Shown piece after piece: positions 34,590 to 45,269 of a stretch of DNA of 64,000 bases. The notes beneath the pieces were generated by a model. The model searched no databases. It worked only from the letters and a program-made list of their open reading frames with translations, and had not been told where the DNA came from. Both the position numbers and the translations under genes were made by a program. Each line of letters begins with the position of its first letter. Within the stretch, counting starts at the first letter, position 1. This stretch comes from Mobula hypostoma (taxonomy: Eukaryota): NCBI RefSeq assembly GCF_963921235.1, contig NC_086114.1, positions 55,180,001 through 55,244,000 on the forward strand. The letters run 5' to 3'.

Positions 34590-36505
34590 CTTACAATACA
34601 TCCACTGTGATGAAGTGCTTTGAGAGGTTGGTTATGATACATATCAACTCCCGCCTGAGCAGTGACCTGGTTCCACTCCAATTTGCCTATAGTCATAACA
34701 GTTCAACAGCAAGTGCAATTTCATTGGCTCTTCACTCAGCTCTGGAATATCTGGACAATGGAGGATTCATTCATTAGGATGGTCTTCATTGACTACAGCT
34801 CAGCATTCAATACTGACAGGCCCTCTGAACTAATCAATAAGCTCCAACCTTGATACTTCCCTGTGCAAAAGGATCCTCAATTTCCTAATTTGCAGATGCC
34901 AGTCATTACAGATTGCTAGCATTTCCTTCACAATCACTATCAGCACAGGTTCACCACAAGGCAGTATGTTTAGCCCCCTGCTCTACTCACTTTATACCTA
35001 TGACTGTGTGGTTGGGTATAGCTCCAATTGCATATTTAAGTTTGCTGATGACTCCACTGTTGTTGGCTGAATCAAAGCTGAAGAATATAGGAGGGAGATC
35101 GAAAATCTGGTTGAGTGGTTCTGCCACAACAACCTCTCGCACAACGTCAGCAAAAACAAAGAGCTGATTATTGACTTCAGGAAGAAGAAGCCAGATATCT
35201 GTCAACTGTTCCTCATTAGAGAATCGGAAGTGGAGAGGTCTGTAACTTTAAATTCTTTGCAATTATCATATCAAAAGATCTTTCTTAGGACCAGGAAGTA
35301 AATGCTGTCACAAGGAAAGCACAACAGCACCTCTAGTTTGTGAAGATTTGGCATGACATCTAAAACTTTGACAAACTTCTTTAGATGTGCAGTGGAGAGT
35401 ATATTGACTGGGTGCATTAGAGCCGGGTATGGAAACACCAATGCCCTTGAACAGAAAATCCTGCAGAAAGTAGTGAATACAACCCAGTCCATCGTGGATA
35501 AAGCGCTCTCCCACCATAGAGCACGTCAACATAAAACATTATCACAGGAAAGCAGCAGCTATCATTAGTGATCCCCACCACCCAGGAGATATTCTCTTCT
35601 CACTGCTGCCATCAGGAAGAATGTACAGGAGCCTCAGGACTCAAAAGCACCAGGTTCAGGAAGAGTTATTACCTCTCAGTCATCAGGCTCTTGAACCAAA
35701 AGGGATAACTTCACTTGCCCCATCATTGAAATGTTCCCACATCCTATGGACCCACTTTCAAGGACTCTCCATCTCATGTTCTCAATATTTATGGCTTATT
35801 TGTTGTTATTATCATTTCTTTCATTTTGTATTTGAACAGTTGTCTTTTGCAAACTGGTTGAACGCTAGGTTGGTGCAGTCTTTCATTGATTCTGTTATGG
35901 TTATTATTCTGTTGTGGATTTACTGAGTATGCCCATAAGAAAATGAGCCTCAGGGCTGTATATAGTGACTTTGATAATACATTTACTTTGAACTTTCTTA
36001 GAAGCTTGCATACATTCAGCATGCTTGGATACAACCCAGTTTATCACATTCAAAGCCCTCCCCACTATTAATCACATTTACAAGCAGCCAAAAGAAAGCC
36101 GCAAAGCAGCATCAAGGAACCCCACCATCTAAGCCATAATCTCTTCTTGCCTCTACCATCAGGCAAGAGGTACAGGAGCCTTGGGTCCCACACCACCAGT
36201 TAAGGAACAGTTATAACCCTGCAATCAATAGGCCCCTGAACCAGTGTGAATAATTTCAATTAGCTCAACTTCAAACTGATTTCACACCTAAAGACTCACT
36301 TTCCTGGACTTTACAATTCATTATCTTGGTGTTATTTATTTATTAAATACTTGCACATTGGTTGTTTGTCAGATTTTAAGTGTGTATAGTTTTTCATAAA
36401 TCCTGTTGTATTTTTAAATTTTCCTGTAAATTTCTGCAAGAAAATCATTCTCGAGGTAGTATGTGGTAACATATATGTACTTGATAATAAATTTACTTTA
36501 ACTTT
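34590..36505 (+). mobile_element. Two adjacent Rex-Babar fragments (34590-35990; 36030-36505)
   Basis: VMKCFERLV, PLQFAY, RMVFIDYSSAFNT, KFADD, CAVESILTGCI; tails aataaatttactttgaacttt. Confidence 0.85.
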
Positions 36506-37139
36506 AAAACTGATCTGGGTCTACATAGTACACATTTTGAAAAAAGAATATTCTAGGCACCGATGGTTGAAGAATGTGGGTGCATTGTGGAAATGATTTT
36601 CAGTATTAACAACTGCATTCCACTGAGCTACCCACACAATCCTCACTTCAATATTCAACAGCACTCATGGCATCGCTTGGATTTTGCCTAAGAGATGGAA
36701 TTGGCAAATCTCAGAATGGTGGTAAGCAGTGCTGTTAGTTCATGGAATGCACCCACGCCTGTCTGAAGTTTCTGTGACTAAGATCCCTATCTGCTCCTGT
36801 TCCTTGAATAATGGAAGTATGCTATTGGAAAAAGTTGGATAGGAAAAAATTTCGCAATTTGTATTTAACCATTTGATGAGGCTATGTATAATCAGTGAAG
36901 AATGAAGTACATCATTTTTTTTAAACCGGTATAAAACTTTGATTTATTAAGACTCATTCCTTTGTCTGTGATACTTGATCATACATTTTGATCTGGTATT
37001 GTCACTTTGGAGGTGTGATAACTATTTGGTTATCTTTCTCCTGGGTTTGTTTGAGGAGGTTCTTGACTGCTCAAACTGCAGGCCACTTTTGCTTGTATTG
37101 TTTTCGCACTTGTGTTTATTACTATGGGAAAGGATAAAG

Positions 37140-37219
37140 CAGGGATTCCCAACCTTTTTTATGCCATGGACCAATATCATTAAGCAAGGGATCCATGGAT
37201 CCCAGCGTGGGAACCCCTG
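37140..37219 (+). mobile_element. 80-bp hAT/Charlie MITE
   Basis: TIR CAGGGATTCCCAAC / GTGGGAACCCCTG; flanks ggaTAaag / ttcTAaag; same family as 39706-39786 in opposite orientation. Confidence 0.8.
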
Positions 37220-37259
37220 TTCTAAAGGTATTTCAGCAGCATTATGCAAAGATTGATGC

Positions 37260-37560
37260 TTAACAATGATTAGCTTTTCTTGTCACATGTACATAGAAAT
37301 GTGTCATTTGCGTCAACGACTAGCATGGTCCAAGGATGTGCTGGGGGCAGCCTGCTAGTGTCACCATGCTTCTGGTGCCAATAGCACCATAGCATTCCTA
37401 TAACCTACTAATCCTTACTAATCCATACATCTTTGGAGTGTGGGAGAAAACTGGAGCACCCAGAGGAAACCCGTAGTCACAGGGAGAACATACAGACTGA
37501 CGGAATTAAACCCGGTTCTCTGGCACTGTGAAACATTATGCTAGCTGCTGAGCTAACCAT
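37260..37560 (-). mobile_element. V-SINE (HE1-like)
   Basis: gtgtgggagaaaactggagcacccagaggaaaccc..gtcacagggagaac is the reverse complement of the V-domain; tRNA-like head at the right end. Confidence 0.7.
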
Positions 37561-38789
37561 ACTTGGCAATGCATACCTTGAATCCTATCTTGAAAAAACA
37601 GTATATCTCTATGACTCTAAATCACTCAATCAAATACAGTGTTAGTCTTAAAGTCTGGATAAACAGTCATCTGTGATTGCTGAGTTTAAGTCTCCTGCCA
37701 GTTTTGCGCATGAGAACTAAACTTGTGTGGAAGGAATGGTGCACTTTCAGTTGTTTAAACAGTTGTGGCGTATTTTGTGCTACATCAAGGTGCTTTGGTT
37801 GATATTTATCTTCCAACCAGCATTAACAAAAAACTAAATATCTAGTCAATAGCTCATTACTTTATGTGGGCAGTTGTCAATTAAGCTATCTACTTAGCAA
37901 CCATGATGACATGTAATTGGCTATAAAATGCCTTGGAAGACCTTATGTCATGAAAGGTTCACATCAGGGAAGAGATTACGCAGCATTCATGCCAGGACCA
38001 CTAGCCTCAAAAACAGATACTCCCCCAAACTGTCAGACTAATCAATACCTCCAACGATTAACCCGCCCCACAGGCGCCCACCACCAGCGTCACTTTATAT
38101 ACACACAGTCAATTCTGCGTATATAACAGTTACTTGTACATTCGTTTTATAAGATTGCTTTTATATTTATTGTGGTTTCCAGTTTAAGATGGTGCTGCTG
38201 AAAGTGAACAACCAGATAGATAGATACTTTATTAATCCCAGAGGAAATTACAGTGTCACAGTAGCATTACAAGTGTACAGATACAAATATTAGAAGAGAA
38301 GTAGAAAGAATAAAAAGTAAGTTACCTCAAACGGTCTAACAGAAGGGGGTCATCACTTCCCTGGCTATAGGTTGACTCATTGTAGATCCTGATGGCCGAG
38401 GGTAAGAATGACCTCAAATAGCGCTCGTTGGAGCAGCACAGTTGTCTTAATCTTTTACTAAAAGTGCTCCTCTGTTCAGCCAAGGTGGCATGTAGAGGGT
38501 GAGAAACATTGTCCTACTTAATGATGAAGGTAATTTACGTCCATCCATCCATATTCTGAGATGGGTCGTGATCACAGTTCCTTCTACAGACACGGCAGGA
38601 GGTGCTTGATGGGGCAGACATTGGAAGATGGGACAACCTTGTCAATTCCACTTGGCTTCCATTAATTTCCCCTTTAATTCTGTAGCTATGTCCACTCTTT
38701 TGAGATTCTCCCATGAGTGGGAAAGTTTTGATAACTACTCTGTTGTACTTCTTCAGTTTTGAATTGAATTTATTTCTTACATCCTTCAT

Positions 38790-39455
38790 ATACCTGAATA
38801 AAAATCTTTACATCTCTGTCTAAATGTGCAATATGCAATTATAGTAATTTATAATAAATAGAACAGTCGATGTAACATAGAAATTTACTCAAATCAGCGC
38901 GAGTTAATCAGTTTGATGGCCTGGTGGAAGAAGCTGTCCCATACCCTGTTGGTCCTGGCTTTTATGCTGCAATACCGTTTCCCGGATGGTAGCAGCTGGA
39001 ATAGATTGTGGTTGGGGTGACTTGGGTCCCCAGTGATCCTTCAGGCCCTTTTTTCACACCTGTCTTTGTAAATGTTCTGAATCATGGGGAGTTCACAACT
39101 ACAGCTGCGCTGGACTGTCCGCACCACTCTCTGCAGAGTCCTGCGATTGAGGGAAGTACAGTTCCCATACCAGGCAGTGATGCAGCCAGTCAGGATGCTC
39201 TCAATTATGCCTCTGTAGAAAGTTCTTAGGATTTGGGGGCCTATACCAAACTTCCTCAACCATCTGAGGTGAAAGAGGTGCAGTTGTGCCTTTTTCACCA
39301 CACAGCTGGTGTGTACAGACCACGTAAGATCCTCAGAAACATCGATGCTGAGGAACTTAAAGCTGTTTGCCCTCTGAACCCCAGATCCATTGATGTCAAT
39401 AGGGGTTAGCCTGTCTCCATTCCTCCTGTAATCCACAACCAGCTCCTTGTTATAT
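38790..39455 (-). mobile_element. Rex-Babar 3' fragment
   Basis: ORF 39041..39460: KELVVDYRR..SFKFLS..KKAQLHLFHLRWLRKF..FYRGIIESILTGCITAWYGNC. Confidence 0.9.
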
Positions 39456-39705
39456 TTCAATAAGATCGCTCCTTATTCTTAATACTAATACCAATTTTTG
39501 TTTCTTTAGTCATTTATGATATGACAACTCCATCCATTCCAGGTAGCATCCCATGTATTCCTCCTTCACTTTTCTTGGTCTAGTGCTCAGGATTCCACAA
39601 ATATCTGGAACACACTGCCTGAGGAGGTGGTGGAATCAAATACAATTCGTAGGCAAGATATGGATGGATACAGACCTAAGGCAGCCAGGTGAGATTAGTT
39701 TAGAT

Positions 39706-39786
39706 CAGGGGTTCCCAACCTGGGGTCCATGGACCCCTTGGTTAATGGTGAGACTCCGTGGCATAAAAAAAGATTGGGAACGCCTG
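39706..39786 (-). mobile_element. 81-bp hAT/Charlie MITE with perfect 8-bp TSD
   Basis: GTTTAGAT at 39698-39705 and 39787-39794 (nnnTAnnn, Buster-type); TIR CAGGGGTTCCCAA / TTGGGAACGCCTG. Confidence 0.9.
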
Positions 39787-40109
39787 GTTTAGATGGACAT
39801 AAAAGTTGGCATGGATATGGTGAGTCAGAGGGCCTGTTACTGTGTTGTATAACTCTATGAATTGATCCACTATGACATTTGAACGTAATATGTTTTTTAA
39901 TTATCTCCCTGGTGTTTGTGTGAGCTGCCATGTTTCTTATGTCACAGGTGCAGTCCAGATGAAGGGTCTGGACCCAAAATGGCAGCTATCCATTTCTCCT
40001 CATAAATGCTGCTTGACCTAGCAGTTTCTTATTTGCTTCAGATTCCAGCATCTGTACTTTCTTGTGACTCTTTCCTAGATCATATTTTTTTTGCTTCTAT
40101 TTTTACCAG

Positions 40110-40322
40110 GCACAGGAGGCTAGTTCTTCATCCAAGAAGAAGACAAAATACTTGTCCCTGTACACAAAAGAGGGTGAGGACAGACTTGCTGTGATCCTCC
40201 CAGGCCGCCATCCCTGTGAGTGTTTGGGACAGACACACAAGCTTATCAACAACTGCCTGGGCTGTGGCCGCATTGTCTGTGTGCAGGAAGGCTCGGGACC
40301 CTGCATGTTCTGTGGAATGCTG
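40110..40322 (+). CDS. TRIP4: TRIP4 coding exon 4 (C2HC5 zinc finger)
   Basis: AQEASSSSKKKTKYLSLYTKEGEDRLAVILPGRHPCECLGQTHKLINNCLGCGRIVCVQEGSGPCMFCGML; 213 nt, phase 0-0. Confidence 0.98.
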
Positions 40323-40432
40323 GTGAGTACAGAGTATTCTGACCTGCTGAACCATTTTCAATTTCATCATCTCAGAAATAGCAATTAGCTAGCTTGAAAG
40401 AAGTTCTGTTTATCTCACTGAGTGCTGTACAT

Positions 40433-40950
40433 ACAGTGCACGAGCCTCAGGCACATATATACAGCTAGAGTGGCTAAGACTTTTGCATAGTCCTGTATTT
40501 TATCAACATGGAGTGGAGAGCGAGTTTATAAATCTGGTGGGAGCAAAGGTATTGGGAATGGCGAGGATGGAGCACTGTGGGAGGGGTGTGGGACAGGTGG
40601 CAGAGAAGGAGTGCCGGGCAGGGGAGGATGGGTACGGGTGCCGACACACCTGGCCCTGGGACACCAGGCAAGGTCATTTGATTCCGAACAATTGTTTTAT
40701 TGATCATTACAGGATGTCTGTCTGGTGCCCGCTCTCTTCTCCTTTTCCCATGATTCCCCTCTCCCTGTCCCTTCTCACTGTCTGTCCACAGAAGAGACCC
40801 ATATCAGAATTAGGTTTATCATCACTCACATGTGTCATGAAATTTGTCTTGTTTTTGTGGCAGCAGTACAGTGCAATACATAAAATTACAACAGAATTGT
40901 TAGGCATTCTAGCTATATGTACTTGGCTAAGACTTTTGCACAGTATGGTA
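40433..40950. mobile_element. Decayed Tc1/mariner-like MITE ends bracketing an unclassified repeat
   Basis: Two copies of tggctaagacttttgca(t/c)agt..gta (~40472-40498, ~40924-40950) resembling a Tc1 TIR followed by TA. Confidence 0.45.
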
Positions 40951-41805
40951 TCTATTTGTTCTAATTTCTGCACAGATTTCAGTTATTAGTCAATAACTAA
41001 TTGACTGAATATTGCTATTATTAATGTGATCTTGATCTATATGGATCACAAAGATTTTAGATCTTGGCTAGATTACCTGATTTGGTCCAGACCCAGGTTT
41101 GCAGGAAGGAAAGGGAAAGGGGTTGGGGATTCTATGGCTAAGAGTAAAAAAATGACCAGTTTGATAGTTATTCATCGATCCCAGCCATGGCATGACCACT
41201 CCAGGTGAGTGGACAAATGGGGACTGTGGTGTTGGTGATCGCTTCGTGGTTGACAGACAGAAGCAGTCAGTTGAGATGGTGTGAAGCTGTTAGCATGCAA
41301 TTGAGCACCTTGACAGCTCTTTTTGGTTCATTTAGTAGAGGAGGAAGATGTTGAGAGTGGAAGAGTTGTTGAGGCCTGGGACATACCACATGTGATCATA
41401 TTGAATAGCAGGGCGTGTCTGCAGGGACTGATTAGTACACTCTTATTTTTATGTACTAAATAGAAGTATATTTTTGTGTAAGTGCTGAACGATGTGGTTA
41501 GATGAATCTCCCTGCCTCTGAACTTGACATTGTGAATAAGTTGGTAAATGGGAATGTAGTCGTTTACCCTAATGTCCTTTAGCAATGTCTAATTACCATT
41601 ACACTCACATTAATTACATTAGGCTCGTCCTGTTAATCACTGTAGTGAATGTACCTTTCACTGTGTGATGTCTTCATCTGTGCATGGCATATAGAACTGC
41701 AGAGGTTGCTTGAGTGGACTGTTCCTCTGCCACAGACTAATTACAGGGATTTGCATTTTTGGCATGTAGAGGGGTGATCATATTAAAACATAGAAGAGTC
41801 ATGTT

Positions 41806-41930
41806 GACAAACGAGGAAAATCTGCAGATGCTGGAAATCCGAGCAATACACACAAAATACTGAAGGAACTCAACAGGCCAGGCAGTGTCTATGGATAAAA
41901 GTATAGTCGACGTTTCAAGCCAAAACCGGA
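41806..41930 (-). mobile_element. Short Penelope terminal fragment with 12-bp TSD
   Basis: AAGAGTCATGTT at 41794-41805 and 41931-41942; carries the 3' half of the hammerhead motif (gaaacgtcgact). Confidence 0.75.
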
Positions 41931-41945
41931 AAGAGTCATGTTAAG

Positions 41946-43148
41946 GTGGGGTCCCCAACCTTTCTCGCACTGCGGACTGGTTTCATATTGACAATGTTCT
42001 TGCAGACCGGCCGACCAGGGGCAGGGGGAGCTGGTGGGGTGGTAGGGTTGCCAACGAACAAGAGTAGCAGTCAAATACGTTGGGTTTACCCCTAGAAAGA
42101 CTACAATGACCACGAAGCCTTGCGCGGGCACCAGTGCGCATGCGTAATTTGCACATGCGTGTACGTGCCGATTTTTTTCTACATCAGTTTTGGCGATTCT
42201 GTCGTGGGGGGGGCTTGTTAATCATGAACGCAATATAGGTGATAAGTGGCTAATACACTCAATTTGGTTTCTAAAAGGGTTTATCTAACGAATTTAATAT
42301 TAAACATACAGCGCATATTTTCCTCGCATGAATATAGTGATAAGTCAATTATCAGGGGAGCTTGAAGTAAGTGTTGAGCGAACATCCAGTAGAAGTGGTA
42401 GAGGCAGGTTCGATATTATCATTTAAAGAAAAATTGGATAGGTATATGGACAGGAAAGAAATGGAGGGTTATGGGCTGAGTGCAGGTCGGTGGGACGAGG
42501 TGAGAGTAGCTTTCGGCACGGACTAGAAGGGCAGAGATGGCCTATTTCCGTGCTGTAATTGTTATATGGTTATATAAGTTAATAGCATCATAACATTTTA
42601 AGTAACGTTTGGATATTAAACACACAGCATATATTTTCCCCGTATGAACATATAAAATCATTGCAACACACCAGTATCGCTGAATCAGTGGGAGCCCTGG
42701 GCTTGTTTTCCTGCAACAAGACAGTCCTATCGAGGGGTGATGGGAGACAGCGATACTCGAAAGAGGTTCCTTATGTCCAGTCTATTCCGCAATTTAATTT
42801 TCGTTGCATTCATTGCAGAGATACGTTGGAAATGGAAGCAACGTTTTCCGTGCTACCTCAGGATATTTAGCCTTGACTTTGATCCGGAATGCCGGCAGAA
42901 ATGTTCTGTCAAACATGCTTTTCAGCCCGCTGTCATTTGCAAGCTCGAGGAGTTGATCTCCTTCCCGCGCTGGCATGGATGACACGCGGGTAATGACCTC
43001 GCGTGCATTCAAGCTCAACAGTGCGTGACAGGGAATGAGGAAGGGTGCAGCTGACTCATATCACCAAATCATATCGTTTCCTCGCGGCCCGGTAGCGCAT
43101 GCTTTGTGGCCCGGTACCGGTCCGCGGCCTGGTGGTTGGGGACTGCTG
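41946..43148 (-). mobile_element. Second hAT Charlie/Buster element, opposite orientation, carrying an internal CR1 3' piece (~42350-42573)
   Basis: TIR GGGGTCCCCAAC / GTTGGGGACTGCTG; TSD TGTTAAG(G/A) at 41939-41946 and 43149-43156; ORF 42794..43018 QLLELANDSGLKSMFD; internal repeat ATAAGT(C/T)AAT at 42340 and 42574. Confidence 0.88.
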
Positions 43149-43906
43149 TGTTAAGATGTTTCCACTAGTGGGAGAGTTTCAAACAAGGGGGCATAGTTAT
43201 GTGATAAGGGCCAGTCATTTAAAACTGAAGTACATGGCACTACTTCTCACGAAGGGTGGTGAATCTGTGGGGTTCTTTGCTATGTAGAGGTTGTGAAGGT
43301 AGATCATGGTGAGTATTTAAAGGGGAAGTAGATGCATCTCTGAAAGATCAGGGAATTGAGCATCATGGAAAACTGGTGCAGAAAAGAAGATGAGTCCTGG
43401 GGCAGATTATCCTCGAGCGTATTGAATGGTGGGACATGTTTGAGGAGCCAAGTCATCTAGTTCAATTTTAAATTTGTGTGTTTGTATAACCTCCATTTGT
43501 CCCTGTAATTATTTTGTACTCTGCAGCATGCTTCCTTATATTTTTCCCACCTTTGGGAACAAGATTCAAGATACTTGTTTTTGCCATTTAGGGAGGTGTA
43601 GTTCCTTAGAGCTACTCCTCAAGCAGACCAATATTAATCCATTATTGCATCAGTCATCATTGTTGTGGTCAGGAATTTTTGTTGTATTCATTTTTTACGT
43701 TTTTCATTTAAACATCTGAAAGAAAGCATAGTTGGGAATCTCACTTCTGAGTGGTTAATTGAGATTAATCTCTGACAGGATAGTTGGAAGCTTGGTTTTC
43801 CATGGCAAACAGAAGCTTGATGAGAAGGGAAATCATGTCTTAATTTCCTCTTTATGTACAGAAGAGTACCAGAATGAAGAACATTAACCAAATGTATTTC
43901 TTATAG

Positions 43907-43991
43907 GTTTGCACAAAAGAGGAACAAGAGATCCTTGTCCATGACTCAAACAAGAGTCAGAAATTGCGCAAGAAACTCATGGGAACTGCAG
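43907..43991 (+). CDS. TRIP4: TRIP4 coding exon 5
   Basis: VCTKEEQEILVHDSNKSQKLRKKLMGTA; 85 nt; ttatag|...|gttagt. Confidence 0.96.
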
Positions 43992-45269
43992 GTTAGTTAT
44001 ATATCTGATCAACTGAAATTACTCTTCTCTATTGGATCGATGAAATGGACATACAGACCAGAAGTTCTGTTCTTGATCTGTTATACTGCATTTGTCAAGA
44101 AACGGGCTGGATCTACACCAACCTGCTGTCCTGGAAGGGAATGTTACATTCAGCTTGCATTACAGACAAGACCATTTGAGCTGATGGTTCATTCCTGGTG
44201 TTCATGCTCCACACAAGTCTTCCCCAACTTTTCTTCACCTCCCTGATTAGCATGAGGCTTGAACTTACTTTGTATTTATCCAACTTCTCGTAAATATGTT
44301 TGTGCAAACACTGTGGGAAGTTCCACATTAGACTAATTTTCTGGTATAGAACTTCACCGGAATTCCTAGATGATTTTATTACTGCCTGTCTCAATTTAGT
44401 TGAATGGTTCTGTTATATACCTTATTGCAATTTAGTAAATATAAACAAGACACCCCCAAGGTTTTTGATTCTACTGATTATCAACCATCTCTAAAGCAGG
44501 TGTTCACATACATTTGGTAGGTCAGGTTTAGTTTGAGTCTGGAGCTTTCTGCAGCAGACTAGCTTATTGCAACTCCTTACCTGGCACAGTCCCAAATCTG
44601 AGAAAGGGTAGATCCATTTAATCTTATTCTTTCACATTTCAAACTTTCATACAACAGGAGATCATTTGGTTTCTCATATCTATGCTGGCTCTTGGAACAA
44701 CTCATCAGTTTATTTCCCTGTGACCAATTGTTTCATGATGGTCAACTCCCTCCAATACCTCTGCCATCAGCTAATGCCAGTAGCAGTTTAGAATAGCCAA
44801 TGCCCCAAAGCACTGCTCCTGGGCATTGGAGGAAACTGTAGCACCTGGAGAAAGTTCACGTTGTCGTAGGGACAACATGTGACTTCTACACACACTGCAG
44901 TGCAGAGCACTGCAGAAATCAAACCCACAGCCCTGGAGCTATGGTAGCTGCAGCACCTGTTGTGTCACCCTCTCCTCTGTGTCCACCGATGCTCTAACTA
45001 AAGGGTGCTGGCCACTTCAGGAACAAAGTTTAAATTTAGCCTTGGCTGATAGGGAAAAATGGCATCTAGTATTGTAAAGGTCCAATTCCTTCAACTCGAT
45101 TAGGAACTGAACTGAAAACAGTTAAGTCACACGGTGGATTCCAGCCAGCAGTTTGCAGCTAAGATTCTGCTTCCATGTTGTTCTCAAGGAAGGGAACATA
45201 TTTTCTTTTAATCTCTGTCTTCCATATCGCTGTAAACTTCACCATCCTGACAATTTAGGATTCATTTTC

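Noticed and set aside
40483-40989. 168-aa plus-strand ORF after TRIP4 exon 4
   Set aside because: Runs across MITE ends and a Rex tail; a chance chimeric ORF
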